From Gammaproteobacteria bacterium (lineage in GTDB: Bacteria; Pseudomonadota; Gammaproteobacteria; Eutrophobiales; Eutrophobiaceae), in the NCBI GenBank assembly GCA_003250975.1, contig QKIY01000028.1:195248-259247 (forward strand): a stretch of 64,000 nt of DNA, in the 5' to 3' direction. Positions 20,395 through 30,569 of the stretch are shown here, piece by piece (positions within the stretch are counted from its first letter, which is position 1; each line of letters opens with the position of its first letter). Both the position numbers and the translations under genes were made by a program. The notes beneath the pieces are model-generated. The model saw only the letters and a program-made list of their open reading frames with translations. It searched no databases and was not told where the DNA came from.

Positions 20395-21152
20395 AGGCGC
20401 AATCAGAGCACCCCGCTGCCAATGAAGGACAACAACCGCTGGTTGCCCACCTTATGGAACTCAGGCAACGCCTGCTCTATTGCCTGGTGGCTATTGTGCT
20501 GGTCTTTGCGGCCCTTTGTCCTTTTGCAAACATCCTTTACGGCCAAGTGGCGGCGCCTCTGATCAATCACCTCGCACCAGGCAACCAGATGATTGCGACG
20601 GAAGTGGCGGCAACATTTATCATTCCTATTAAGCTGGCCTTTTATCTGTCTCTAGTGATTGTCATGCCCTACCTGCTTTACCAAGGTTGGGCCTTTATCG
20701 CGCCTGGGCTTTATGAAACCGAAAAGCGTTTCGCCTTGCCGCTGCTCGTAATCAGTATCTTGCTATTTTATAGCGGGATCGCCTTCGCCTTTTTTATAGT
20801 CTTCCCTCTGTTGTTTGCCTTTTTTACTTCCGTGGCACCGGAAGGGGTTGCCGTAATGACAGATATCAGTCGATACCTGGATTTCATCATGAAGCTATTT
20901 TTAGCTTTTGGGCTGGCCTTTGAGGTACCGGTCGTCACACTGCTGATGTTGCGCACCGGGATAACTACCGTTGCGTCTCTGCGCAGGAACCGGCCCTATA
21001 TTATTGTGGGCGCCTTCGTGCTTGGGATGTTGCTCACGCCGCCGGACGTTGTGTCCCAGCTTCTGCTCGCCATGCCCCTGTGGTTGTTGTTTGAACTGGG
21101 CCTGCTGCTGGGCTACAGATATGCCGCGACGGGGGGCGCGGAAGAGGTTTAA
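20391..21152 (+). CDS. tatC: Tat translocase subunit TatC
   Basis: HLMELRQRL, FIAPGLYETE, FGLAFEVP, LTPPDVVSQ. Confidence 0.96.
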   Translation: MKAQSEHPAANEGQQPLVAHLMELRQRLLYCLVAIVLVFAALCPFANILYGQVAAPLINHLAPGNQMIATEVAATFIIPIKLAFYLSLVIVMPYLLYQGWAFIAPGLYETEKRFALPLLVISILLFYSGIAFAFFIVFPLLFAFFTSVAPEGVAVMTDISRYLDFIMKLFLAFGLAFEVPVVTLLMLRTGITTVASLRRNRPYIIVGAFVLGMLLTPPDVVSQLLLAMPLWLLFELGLLLGYRYAATGGAEEV

Positions 21153-21161
21153 TCCACTGCC

Positions 21162-21590
21162 TCAGGATTGCTCCCACGGCAGGTTATGAAATCGCCAGCC
21201 ATTTATGGTGTTACGCTGGTTCTTACTGTCACGATCGCCCTCAAAGCCTTCTTCGATATTATAGACCTGCTGGAAACCGTCCTTTACCAGCGCCTCTGCC
21301 GCGTCCATTGACCGCTTGCCACTACGGCAAATGGTCATTACCGCCAGGCTTTCAATCCCCTCGTTTTTGCCCGTCCGCTTGCTGATAGCCTCTCTGACCA
21401 GTTTGACGAAATCAGGGTTGACTTCCCAGTCCGGCGCCTCTTTCCAGGGCACATGAATGGAGTCCATAGGGTGGCCGACGTATTGATACTCCATGGTGGT
21501 CCTGACATCGATCAATACTGCGCCAGTCTGTGACTGCAAAATCTCCCACGCCTCAGGGGGCGTGATCTCCGTTACCGCCGTGTTTCCCAT
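21162..21590 (-). CDS. Single-domain rhodanese (sulfurtransferase)
   Basis: LIDVRT..EY.YVGHP, active loop ICRSGKRS, NIEEGFEG; start set at ATG 21590. Confidence 0.9.
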   Translation of the reverse strand: MGNTAVTEITPPEAWEILQSQTGAVLIDVRTTMEYQYVGHPMDSIHVPWKEAPDWEVNPDFVKLVREAISKRTGKNEGIESLAVMTICRSGKRSMDAAEALVKDGFQQVYNIEEGFEGDRDSKNQRNTINGWRFHNLPWEQS

Positions 21591-21706
21591 AATTGTATCT
21601 GCCTGCCAGTAGTATCCACACATCGATCATAGCAAACATATATCAATTTCCTGAATCATGAAATCACGGCAGACACAGCAAAAAACTTTGGCATATTGTG
21701 AGATTG

Positions 21707-21730
21707 ATATATCATAATTAGTCGATATAT
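21707..21730. promoter_or_regulatory. Candidate ArsR/SmtB-family operator (inverted repeat)
   Basis: ATATATC-N10-GATATAT just upstream of the arsR-family gene; a related half-site ATATATCAAT lies at 21638-21647 near the rhodanese start. Confidence 0.5.
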
Positions 21731-21749
21731 TTCAGTGTCCGGGACCGCG

Positions 21750-22082
21750 ATGAGTGCCTCCGCAAAAAAACTGACAACACAGGATAACAGGCTGTTACCG
21801 CTTGATGATCTGAAGGTGGCGGCTGAATGGCTGAAGTGTGCTGCACATCCTCATCGCCTACGCATTATCGAGATCCTGTTACAGGGTGAGTATACCGTCG
21901 ACATGATCGCCAGCCAGTGTAAATTATCCCAGCCGGCCACCAGCGGGCACCTGCGCCTGATGGAGTCCAGGGGGTTGCTGGTGAGCGAGCGATCTGGTCG
22001 CACTGTTTACTATTCAGTCGCCGAACCTAAACTCAAGGCAATAATTGAGTGTATTAGAAGCGGAATCAAGATAAAAAAATAA
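21750..22082 (+). CDS. ArsR/SmtB-family transcriptional repressor
   Basis: LKCAAHPHRLRII, LSQPATSGHLRLM, GLLVSERSGRTVYYS; three Cys. Confidence 0.9.
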   Translation: MSASAKKLTTQDNRLLPLDDLKVAAEWLKCAAHPHRLRIIEILLQGEYTVDMIASQCKLSQPATSGHLRLMESRGLLVSERSGRTVYYSVAEPKLKAIIECIRSGIKIKK

Positions 22083-22189
22083 CCCTCGACTTGCTTCCCT
22101 GATCCCGAAATTGTCAGAACACCTCGAGTTGTGGTGGAATAGCGAACTTACTGACCTGATTAATAATTATTGTTTGAGGAGAGTTGACG

Positions 22190-23113
22190 ATGCCGATGAG
22201 CGATCGGGATGGCGTCATCTGGCTTGACGGGACTTTCGTCCCCTGGCGAGAAGCCAAGACTCATGTGTTAACACATACCCTGCATTATGGCATGGGGGTG
22301 TTCGAGGGCGTGCGCGCCTATGCAGCAGCAAATGGCACGGCTATCTTCAGGTTGTCGGATCACACCGACCGCTTGTTCCAGTCCGCGCATATCCTGCGCA
22401 TGAAGATCCCCTTTGACAAAGACACAATTAATCAGGCTTGTTGTGATTCCGTGAGCAAAAATAACCTGAAAAGTGCTTATATCCGCCCGATGTGTTTTTA
22501 CGGCGCCGAGGGGATGGGGCTGCATGCCGATAACCTCAAGGTCCATATGATTGTGGCCGCCTGGTCCTGGGGCTCCTATCTCGGCAAAGAGGCGCTGGAA
22601 AACGGGATCCGGATCAAGACCTCGTCCTTCACCCGCCACCATGTGAACATCACCATGTGCAAAGCCAAGGCCAACGGCAACTACCTAAACTCCATGCTCG
22701 CGACACAGGAAGCCCAGGATTGCGGTTATGATGAGGCGCTGTTGCTGGACAATGAAGGTTACGTGGCCGAGGGCAGTGGTGAAAATATTTTTATCGTCAG
22801 GCATGGCGAACTTATCACACCTGAATTGACCTCGGCGCTGGAAGGCATCACCCGCGACACCATCATAACACTGGCCACGGACCACGGTATCAAGATAAAG
22901 GAAAAGCGGATCACCCGTGATGAAGTCTATGCGGCCGATGAGGCCTTCTTTACCGGTACCGCGGCCGAGGTGACGCCGATCAGAGAACTGGATGGGCGGC
23001 AGATAGGCGCGGGCCATCGTGGTCCGATCACAGAGCAATTACAGTCCCTGTATTTCGATCAGGTTCATGGCCGCAGGAAACATTATGCCGACTGGCTGAC
23101 TTATACCGGATAG
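22190..23113 (+). CDS. ilvE: Branched-chain amino acid aminotransferase
   Basis: LHYGMGVFEGVRAY, KAKANGNY, EGSGENIF, LEGITR, FFTGTAAEVTP; RBS GAGGAG 8 nt before ATG 22190. Confidence 0.97.
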   Translation: MPMSDRDGVIWLDGTFVPWREAKTHVLTHTLHYGMGVFEGVRAYAAANGTAIFRLSDHTDRLFQSAHILRMKIPFDKDTINQACCDSVSKNNLKSAYIRPMCFYGAEGMGLHADNLKVHMIVAAWSWGSYLGKEALENGIRIKTSSFTRHHVNITMCKAKANGNYLNSMLATQEAQDCGYDEALLLDNEGYVAEGSGENIFIVRHGELITPELTSALEGITRDTIITLATDHGIKIKEKRITRDEVYAADEAFFTGTAAEVTPIRELDGRQIGAGHRGPITEQLQSLYFDQVHGRRKHYADWLTYTG

Positions 23114-23120
23114 GAGACTT

Positions 23121-23339
23121 ATGAGTACGACCCGACAGTTACACGAAGGCAAGACCCCCAATGACCAGCGGCATTACACTGTGCAGAAAAAAGACCTGCC
23201 GCTGCATTGCCCGCTGCCGGATATGACCCTGTGGAATTCCCACCCTAAGGTGTTTCTGCCCATCGAAGACACCGGCGAAGCGAAATGCCCTTACTGCGGC
23301 GCTGAATTTACCCTGGCCGATGAAACCTCAGCGGGCTGA
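23121..23339 (+). CDS. zf-CHCC zinc-finger protein
   Basis: LPLHCP...WNSHPKVFLP...CPYCG; commonly follows ilvE. Confidence 0.9.
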   Translation: MSTTRQLHEGKTPNDQRHYTVQKKDLPLHCPLPDMTLWNSHPKVFLPIEDTGEAKCPYCGAEFTLADETSAG

Positions 23340-23372
23340 CGGCCACCGTTTAATACTGATAACCACGGGTTA

Positions 23373-24284
23373 ATGGTTGTCTGGCGAATATATGACGGCA
23401 AGCCGGGTCACGATAACCAGAGCCGGGGCCTTGTTAACGCTTTAACAGGACTGGGCCCTTCGCTCCGCTGTATCGATATCCCGGCAGAAAAACTCCGTGC
23501 CGGGGCGATAAATCTTCTTCTCGGCCGATACCCTCCGGGCAAAGACCTCGATCCACCGGACCTGATCATCGGCGCAGGTCACCGGACCCACCTTTCGCTG
23601 CTCTGTGCAAAACGGGCATATGGCGGAAAGACCGTGGTCATAATGAGGCCTTCGCTGCCCTCCGGGTTGTTTGATTTCGCGATCATTCCGGCTCACGACC
23701 GTTCCCGTCCCTCAGCACACACCCTGATCACCGAGGGAGCCATAAACCCGTTAACGCCCACCGCAGAACACGACATGGACCGGGGGGTGATCCTGCTGGG
23801 GGGGCCGTCGAAACATTATGAGTGGGATGGCCAGGAGATGCTGGGCCGGATCAGGACTATCCTTGAACGGGACTCATACATACACTGGGATATCACCGAC
23901 TCGCCTCGGACACCGTACGGCTTCTCCACGGAACTGGTGAGGCTGGCGGCAGATAATGCCAAGTTTCATTCATGGCGGGACGTCGGACGCGACTGGTTGC
24001 CTCAACAACTGCAAGAGGTTGGTTTTGCCTGGGTAAGCGAGGACAGCATCTCCATGGTATACGAGTCACTGACCGCAGGGGCCGCAACGGGTATACTCAG
24101 CTGCAGGCAAAAAAGGCCGGGGAAGATCCCCGCGAATATCAAGCGGCTGCAGGAAAAAGGCATGATCACGGCCTATGGGGACTGGTTGTCAGGCGCGAAT
24201 CTTACGCCCCCGGTGGAACAGCTGAATGAAGCAGGTCGCGCCGCGAACTGGCTCCTAGAAGGTCTTGCTTTACATACCGGATAA
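23373..24284 (+). CDS. ELM1/GtrOC1-family putative glycosyltransferase
   Basis: DGKPGHDNQS, FDFAIIPAHD, LLGGPSKHY, SPRTP, WVSEDSISMVYE. Confidence 0.85.
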   Translation: MVVWRIYDGKPGHDNQSRGLVNALTGLGPSLRCIDIPAEKLRAGAINLLLGRYPPGKDLDPPDLIIGAGHRTHLSLLCAKRAYGGKTVVIMRPSLPSGLFDFAIIPAHDRSRPSAHTLITEGAINPLTPTAEHDMDRGVILLGGPSKHYEWDGQEMLGRIRTILERDSYIHWDITDSPRTPYGFSTELVRLAADNAKFHSWRDVGRDWLPQQLQEVGFAWVSEDSISMVYESLTAGAATGILSCRQKRPGKIPANIKRLQEKGMITAYGDWLSGANLTPPVEQLNEAGRAANWLLEGLALHTG

Positions 24285-24313
24285 ACGTCCGCACATAATC
24301 AACCGGAGTCAAT

Positions 24314-25435
24314 ATGCGTTTGACCGTCGTCCAGACCCTGCCCGCGCTCGATAGCGGTGGCGTTGAGCGCGGCACGCTGGAAGTGGCGGCGGAACTGGTC
24401 AGGCGCGGCCACCGCTCAATTGTTATCTCAGCAGGCGGGCGGCTGGTTGAACAACTTGTCAGGGAAGGCAGTGAGCATGTCGTCTTGCCCATTGGCCACA
24501 AGTCATTGCTGACAATAAGACACGCCGGGGCTGTCAGGCACATATTGCAAAAAGAACACGCAACCATCCTCCATACCCGCTCAAGACTACCGGCATGGGT
24601 ATCTTGGCTTGCCTGGCGCAGCATGGATAAAAACAACCGCCCTGCATTCATAACAACCGTGCACGGCCTTTATTCCGTCAACCCCTACAGCGCCATCATG
24701 ACCAAAGGCGATAAAGTCATCGCAGTATCAGAATGCGTTCGGGACTACATACTCGAAAATTACAAGGACGTCGATAAAGACAGGATAGAAATCATCCATC
24801 GCGGAGTAGACCCTGAAGTTTACAACAGTGACTTCAGCCCGTCCCCGCAATGGCTCGATGACTGGCAAAGACACTATCCCGAATTGAAAGGGAAGTTTAC
24901 CGTGGTGTTGCCGGCACGACTGACACGGCTCAAAGGGCACGAAGATTTTATAAGAATTATAAAGGCAGTTGCCGACAGCGGGGTTCCTGTGCACGGGGTG
25001 ATTGCGGGCGGCGCACATCCCCGGAAACGACACTACCTCAGGGAGATTGAATCGAATGCAGACCGGCTCGGCATACGCGATCGGATTATTTTTCTGGGCC
25101 ACCGGGACGACCTCCGTGAGGTCATGGCGGTGTCCGATGTTGTCATGTCTCTATCCGGCAAACCCGAGTCTTTTGGACGCACGGTACTGGAGTCACTCAG
25201 CCTCGGGACCCCTGTCATTGCCTATGATCATGGAGGGGTGAGCGAAATCCTGCGCGAGACGTTCCCCGAGGGCCTGGTCCAGGTCCACGACGTAGACGGT
25301 GCCGCCAGCAAACTTATAGCCTTCTACCGAAATAGACCGACGGTTTTGCGAGAGAACCCTTTTACACTGTCAGCTTTGCTTGATAAAACGATCGCACTTT
25401 ATGAATGCGTTGCACAGAACAGACAAGGGACCTGA
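24314..25435 (+). CDS. GT4 glycosyltransferase
   Basis: LPALDSGGVERGT, HTRSRLPAW, KPESFGRTVLE. Confidence 0.9.
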   Translation: MRLTVVQTLPALDSGGVERGTLEVAAELVRRGHRSIVISAGGRLVEQLVREGSEHVVLPIGHKSLLTIRHAGAVRHILQKEHATILHTRSRLPAWVSWLAWRSMDKNNRPAFITTVHGLYSVNPYSAIMTKGDKVIAVSECVRDYILENYKDVDKDRIEIIHRGVDPEVYNSDFSPSPQWLDDWQRHYPELKGKFTVVLPARLTRLKGHEDFIRIIKAVADSGVPVHGVIAGGAHPRKRHYLREIESNADRLGIRDRIIFLGHRDDLREVMAVSDVVMSLSGKPESFGRTVLESLSLGTPVIAYDHGGVSEILRETFPEGLVQVHDVDGAASKLIAFYRNRPTVLRENPFTLSALLDKTIALYECVAQNRQGT

Positions 25436-25498
25436 ACGTATAATTATTTATTCCTATTACGGGTATTAAAAAAATAATACGGCGTTTTTGTATCAGAC

Positions 25499-26608
25499 AT
25501 GATCATCATATCGACACAATGTTTTCCACCGATCATCGGGGGCATTGAAAATCTCGTCTATAACCTGGCGCTGCATTTATCTATCCACGGTTATGATGTG
25601 ATCGTATTTGCTGATGCCTCGAAATGCGATGACCACGCCTTCGATAGAGAACAGCCTTTTCAGATCAGGCGCTTTTCGGGCTGGAAACCGCTGCGCAGGA
25701 GAAGAAAGGCGCGTGCCATACACCATCTACTGAAACAGGGCCAGTGTACTGCACTGATTACGGATTCCTGGAAGAGTCTTGAGCTGATCAGAACCGGCTT
25801 TAATGTCCCCCGGCTTTGTCTCGCGCATGGCACCGAATTCCCCTCCCATCCGAACAATGTAAAACTACAGCGCATAAAACGAGCTCTGTCAAAAGCGTCC
25901 ACTATTGTTGCCAACTCAAACTATACCGCATCCAGGATCTCTCTGTTTGTAGAAAACCAGAACAGGATTAACGTCATCTATCCGGGTATTTGCCGTTTTA
26001 CGGATCCCCCTGAAGAAATTATTAATCCGATCAAGACCAGGCTAAGCGGTCATAAGCCCGTACTGATCAGCGTTGGCAGGATAGAAAAACGAAAAGGCAT
26101 GGACACAGTATTGCGTGTATTGCCCGAACTACTGCAAGATTTCCCCGGCCTGATCTACGTCATTATCGGATCTGGTTCGCAAAAAGATGAACTACAGGCC
26201 TTGGCCAGTGCGCTTGGGCTCAGTAACCATGTTTTCTTTCTTGGGTTCCAGAACATGGATGCACGGAATAGCTGGCTGAAGTGTTCCGATGTCTTTATCC
26301 TCCCGGTGCGTCAGGAAAAAGATGATGTGGAAGGTTTCGGTATGGTCTTTACGGAGGCCGCAGTATTCGGCATCCCGGCCGTCGCCGGCAATTCGGGCGG
26401 CGCCAGGGAGGCGGTGATCCATAAAGAAACCGGCCTGGTGTGTGATGGCAATGACCCAGTGTCTGTCGCAAGCGCTATACGACAGCTGCTTGAAAACGAA
26501 ACCCTGAGAAAGTCGCTGGGAGAAAATGCGCGTCAAAGGGCTGAATCGTTACTCTGGGATAATACCATTAAGGAATATATCAGACTGTTAGGCCAAGAAA
26601 ACGCATAA
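25499..26608 (+). CDS. GT4 glycosyltransferase (PimB-like)
   Basis: FPPIIGGIE, SVGRIEKRKG, EGFGMVFTEA, GNSGGAREAV. Confidence 0.9.
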   Translation: MIIISTQCFPPIIGGIENLVYNLALHLSIHGYDVIVFADASKCDDHAFDREQPFQIRRFSGWKPLRRRRKARAIHHLLKQGQCTALITDSWKSLELIRTGFNVPRLCLAHGTEFPSHPNNVKLQRIKRALSKASTIVANSNYTASRISLFVENQNRINVIYPGICRFTDPPEEIINPIKTRLSGHKPVLISVGRIEKRKGMDTVLRVLPELLQDFPGLIYVIIGSGSQKDELQALASALGLSNHVFFLGFQNMDARNSWLKCSDVFILPVRQEKDDVEGFGMVFTEAAVFGIPAVAGNSGGAREAVIHKETGLVCDGNDPVSVASAIRQLLENETLRKSLGENARQRAESLLWDNTIKEYIRLLGQENA

Positions 26609-26621
26609 GAACCTTGTCTAA

Positions 26622-27968
26622 TTATTTGCCGATACAGAATTCCGAAAAGATCTTGTTCAGCAGGTCATCTGCCACGAACTCGCCGGTAATCTCACCCAGT
26701 GTACGATGTGCCTGCCGTAAATCTTCTGCCAATAATTCTGCTGCCCTGTGATCGCCATAAGCCTTCAGGGCGTCTTCCAGGATAAGCCGTGCACGGCCCA
26801 GTGAATCAAGATGGCGTTTCCTTGCCATGAAAGTGTCTTCGGATATATCCAGTATGCCCAGATAGTCTTTCAAGTGATCGATTAGGAGACCATATCCTTC
26901 CCCCGTTTTCGCTGACAAACGGATGTTTACACTGTTGCCTTTTTTCATTATGCCCGGCTTGCTCCCACTAAGATCGATCTTGTTATGCAGGGTGATTATA
27001 TGAATATTGTCCCCTAGGGAATTTATCAGCGCTGTTTCCTCCTGATCAGTCTCCTTGCCATCTTCCGTTACCAGGATAATGATATCCGCAGACATTGCAG
27101 CATGCCTGGCCCTTTTTATCCCCTCCATCTCGACGCGGCTGTCCGTTATTCGCAGGCCTGCTGTATCAACTATGTGTGCAGGGACCCCTTCGATTAATAT
27201 ATCCCTCTCGATAAGATCGCGGGTGGTCCCGGGCTCTTCGGTCACTATAGCGACATCACTTCCCGCCATCCGGTTAAGCAGTGTGGATTTGCCTGCATTC
27301 GTTCTGCCGGTAATAACAATGTTTACGCCTTCATTCAGTAACGACCCTGTCCTGGCTCGTGCAAGTATTTTCTGCAGCGTCGCAATACAGCTCTTTACCC
27401 TTTCTTCAAGTTCGTCTGCATTTATAAAGTTGATTTCCTCTTCCGGAAAATCGAGGGCACTCTCAATAAACATACGGATCGCTATCAACTCTTCCTGCAG
27501 CGAAGCGATGGCTTTCGAGAAATTACCAGACAAGGACCTGATTGCACTTCGGGCGGCCTGATCGGAAACTGCATTGATCAGGTCTGCGACCGCCTCAGCT
27601 TGTAGCAGATCAATCTTGTCATTATGAAATGCCCTCTGGGTGAACTCCCCGGGCACAGCGAGCCTTGCGCCTGCGCGTACTATCCGCTTCAACAAGGATT
27701 CGAGCACAACGCGGCTGCAATGGGCATGAAGTTCGAGAATATCTTCACCTGTATAGGACCCGGGACCTGGAAAGTAGATCGCCAGTCCAGAGTCAATAAC
27801 GGATTGGTCCTCGGCGAGAAAGTTACAGTAATGAGCTGTCCTTGGCTGCAGTGCGCGATCGAGTAGCGAGTGGATAATGGTCTTCACCTGTGGGCCCGAG
27901 ACGCGGACAATACCAATCCCGCCCTTGCCGGGCGGTGTAGCAATGGCGGCGATGGTGTCAGTTTTCAT
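26622..27968 (-). CDS. mnmE: tRNA modification GTPase MnmE
   Basis: DTIAAIATPPGKGGIG, GRTNAGKST, DTAGLR, NKID, C-terminal FCIGK. Confidence 0.98.
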   Translation of the reverse strand: MKTDTIAAIATPPGKGGIGIVRVSGPQVKTIIHSLLDRALQPRTAHYCNFLAEDQSVIDSGLAIYFPGPGSYTGEDILELHAHCSRVVLESLLKRIVRAGARLAVPGEFTQRAFHNDKIDLLQAEAVADLINAVSDQAARSAIRSLSGNFSKAIASLQEELIAIRMFIESALDFPEEEINFINADELEERVKSCIATLQKILARARTGSLLNEGVNIVITGRTNAGKSTLLNRMAGSDVAIVTEEPGTTRDLIERDILIEGVPAHIVDTAGLRITDSRVEMEGIKRARHAAMSADIIILVTEDGKETDQEETALINSLGDNIHIITLHNKIDLSGSKPGIMKKGNSVNIRLSAKTGEGYGLLIDHLKDYLGILDISEDTFMARKRHLDSLGRARLILEDALKAYGDHRAAELLAEDLRQAHRTLGEITGEFVADDLLNKIFSEFCIGK

Positions 27969-27996
27969 CACCAGCGTTCAAGTTAAGTTGAGCGTA

Positions 27997-29652
27997 TCAG
28001 GTCTTGAGGCCCGATCGTTCCATGTTACGCACGATCAGCCACTGTTGCGCTATCGACAGGATGTTGTTAACCACCCAGTACAGGACCAGGCCGGACGGGA
28101 AAAAGGCAAAGAATACCGTAAACACGAACGGCAGGGTCATCATAACCTTTTCCTGTACCGGGTCCATAGGTGCCGGATTGAGTTTCTGCTGGATAAACAT
28201 GGTCACACCCATGACAACAGGCAGAATAAAATACGGATCAGGCGTCGACAGGTCCTTTAACCAGAAGATAAATCCCGACTGGCGCAACTCAACGCTCTCC
28301 AGCAATACCCAGTACAAGGCGATGAACACCGGGATCTGGATCAGGATCGGGAAACAGCCACCCAACGGATTGATCTTCTCTTCCTTGTAGATATCCATCA
28401 TGGCCTTGTTAAGCCTTGCCCGATCATTCTTGTAGCGTTCCTTGATCGCAACCAGCCTGGGCTGGACTCTGCGCATATTTGCCATGGATTTATAACCCGC
28501 GGCTGACAGGTTATAGAACAACAGCTTCAGCATCAGGGTAACCAGAATAATGGACCAGCCCCAGTTATTGGTGAAATGGTGAAACTGCTGTAGACACCAG
28601 AATAACGGTTTAGCAATAAACCACAACATGCCGTAATCAACCGTGAGTTCCAGATTAGGCGCTATAGCCTCCAGTTTTGATTGTATCTTGGGACCCAGGT
28701 AGAGCTTTTCCTCAAACAGACCCGATTCACCGGCTGACACCGTCTTTTGTGGCGATGTCATTCCGATCACGTAACGGGGCACTCCAAGCCCGCTGGTTCT
28801 TGGATCTAGATAAAGGGTGTAATAGTTATAGACATCACTTGAAGACCCGGGGATCAACGCGGTCACGAAATAATGTTGAATCATTGCGGCCCAGCCACCC
28901 GCAAAACTCCGCGACAGCTTTTCCTCTTCTATGTCATCGAGTGATATCTTTTCATAGCGGTTTTCATCGCTGGAGATAACGGCACCGGTATAGGTATACA
29001 CCATCCCGCTTTTACGCTTCGGTGCCGGTGTGCGCTGAAGCTGGTTATAGGCGCGACCGGACCATGCCGCTTCGCTCTGATTGGTCACCTCATATTTTAC
29101 CGTGATCAGGTGTTTGTCTCTTTGAAACCGAAAGGTCTTTTTCACCCTGATCCCTGAATCGTCTTCCCAGTAAAGCGGAACTTCCAGTATGTCCTCATCG
29201 TCGCTCATACGGTAAATGGATTGCGGCGAGGAGAATGCCGCCGTATGTGTTGGTGCAGGCCCCTTGCTCAGTAAACCACCCTGGGCGATATAGACAAGGG
29301 TCTCGTCATTATTCAGCAGGTGTACCGGCTTATCCGGTTCATCGAGGGATAGTGAATAGTCCAGCAGGTCGGCCCTGTATATTGTTCCTCCCTGAGTACC
29401 TATCTTTATCCGGAAAACATCGGTAATGACCTCTATTCCCTCTTCCGGTGCTTTTTCCTCTACCGATACCGCCGGGCTGTCAGCCTCATCAGTGACGATC
29501 TCGGGCAGGTCTGCCGGCTTGTCTGCGCCAGTCTCTGCTGTGACGGTCTCTTCTTCAGCCTTGAAGTCACCATAGTCCCGTTGCCAGGCATCCCATAACA
29601 ACATGATCACCAGACTGAGTGCTACGACTAGAATGAAACGCGTCTTATCCAT
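27997..29652 (-). CDS. yidC: Membrane protein insertase YidC
   Basis: TVDYG, NWGWSII, INPLGGCFPILIQIPVF, PSGLVLYWVVNN. Confidence 0.98.
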   Translation of the reverse strand: MDKTRFILVVALSLVIMLLWDAWQRDYGDFKAEEETVTAETGADKPADLPEIVTDEADSPAVSVEEKAPEEGIEVITDVFRIKIGTQGGTIYRADLLDYSLSLDEPDKPVHLLNNDETLVYIAQGGLLSKGPAPTHTAAFSSPQSIYRMSDDEDILEVPLYWEDDSGIRVKKTFRFQRDKHLITVKYEVTNQSEAAWSGRAYNQLQRTPAPKRKSGMVYTYTGAVISSDENRYEKISLDDIEEEKLSRSFAGGWAAMIQHYFVTALIPGSSSDVYNYYTLYLDPRTSGLGVPRYVIGMTSPQKTVSAGESGLFEEKLYLGPKIQSKLEAIAPNLELTVDYGMLWFIAKPLFWCLQQFHHFTNNWGWSIILVTLMLKLLFYNLSAAGYKSMANMRRVQPRLVAIKERYKNDRARLNKAMMDIYKEEKINPLGGCFPILIQIPVFIALYWVLLESVELRQSGFIFWLKDLSTPDPYFILPVVMGVTMFIQQKLNPAPMDPVQEKVMMTLPFVFTVFFAFFPSGLVLYWVVNNILSIAQQWLIVRNMERSGLKT

Positions 29653-29873
29653 TATTCAGTTACCGGGTCTACCGGGTCATAACCACCGGGATGATAGGGA
29701 TGACAGCGGCAGATCCGCCAGAGGGTTTTGAGACTTCCCTTGATGACACCGTGTTTCCTGATTGCCTCTTCCGCATAACAGGAGCAGCTGGGATAAAACC
29801 GGCAACACGGCCCGGTTAGCGGGCTGATAAGATAGGCATAACAACGGATAATTGTGATGATTATTGTTTGCAT
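29652..29873 (-). CDS. yidD: Membrane protein insertion efficiency factor YidD
   Basis: [26 protein letters not shown]. Confidence 0.95.
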   Translation of the reverse strand: MQTIIITIIRCYAYLISPLTGPCCRFYPSCSCYAEEAIRKHGVIKGSLKTLWRICRCHPYHPGGYDPVDPVTE

Positions 29874-30220
29874 TTACACAATTTTTGCCAGTGTCCCTGG
29901 AGCGATTCACTTATTTCTTTATTGGTAGGCCTGCCTGGATTCTTGTTAGTCATTACCACAATATCAAGCCCGGTCAGCATCTCTTGATCTCGTCGAAAAC
30001 TTTCCCTGATCAACCGTTTAATCCTGTTCCTGTCTACGGCCTTTTTTACCCATTTTCTTGAGATTGCCATTCCCAGGCGAGCATGATCCAGACTATTCTT
30101 GCTGGCTATAACAACAAAATACCTGTCTACAGAACGGTCCTTGGAGCGGAATGCCCGTTTAAAGTCTGATGGATTATTTAGTCTGCTCTGCTTAGCAAAT
30201 CTTTCGCTTTGCCTGAGCAC
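29861..30220 (-). CDS. rnpA: RNase P protein component
   Basis: [27 protein letters not shown]. Confidence 0.96.
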   Translation of the reverse strand: MLRQSERFAKQSRLNNPSDFKRAFRSKDRSVDRYFVVIASKNSLDHARLGMAISRKWVKKAVDRNRIKRLIRESFRRDQEMLTGLDIVVMTNKNPGRPTNKEISESLQGHWQKLCKCKQ

Positions 30221-30224
30221 ATTA

Positions 30225-30359
30225 CTAAACAGATAAGCGCTTGCGGCCCTTGGCCCTGCGTGCCTTGATCACATCACGTCCGCCCTTGGTCGCCATACGG
30301 CTGCGAAAACCGTGCGTGCGTTGTCTCTTAAGTTTGCTTGGCTGGTAAGTACGTTTCAT
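30225..30359 (-). CDS. rpmH: 50S ribosomal protein L34
   Basis: Not in ORF track. Manual translation: [44 protein letters not shown]. Confidence 0.98.
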   Translation of the reverse strand: MKRTYQPSKLKRQRTHGFRSRMATKGGRDVIKARRAKGRKRLSV

Positions 30360-30491
30360 TTTCAGGGTCCTGTCGGGATCACAGGGCGCTTCCGCCTCAA
30401 TAAAAGGCGGCTATCATACTGGTCTGCCAACAATCTTGTCAATTTCGCGATATTTTCCTGCAAAATGCCCGCCAATAACCATTCATGTGCT

Positions 30492-30547
30492 TGTGGATAA
30501 CTTTTCGTTTCAGGTATAAACTTCTCAACCTTCCCTGTTTATCCAAA
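30492..30547. promoter_or_regulatory. DnaA boxes in the dnaA promoter region
   Basis: TGTGGATAA at 30492-30500 (perfect box, reverse) and TTATCCAAA at 30539-30547. Confidence 0.75.
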
Positions 30548-30569
30548 CCAACAAAAGAGGTGTGTTTTT

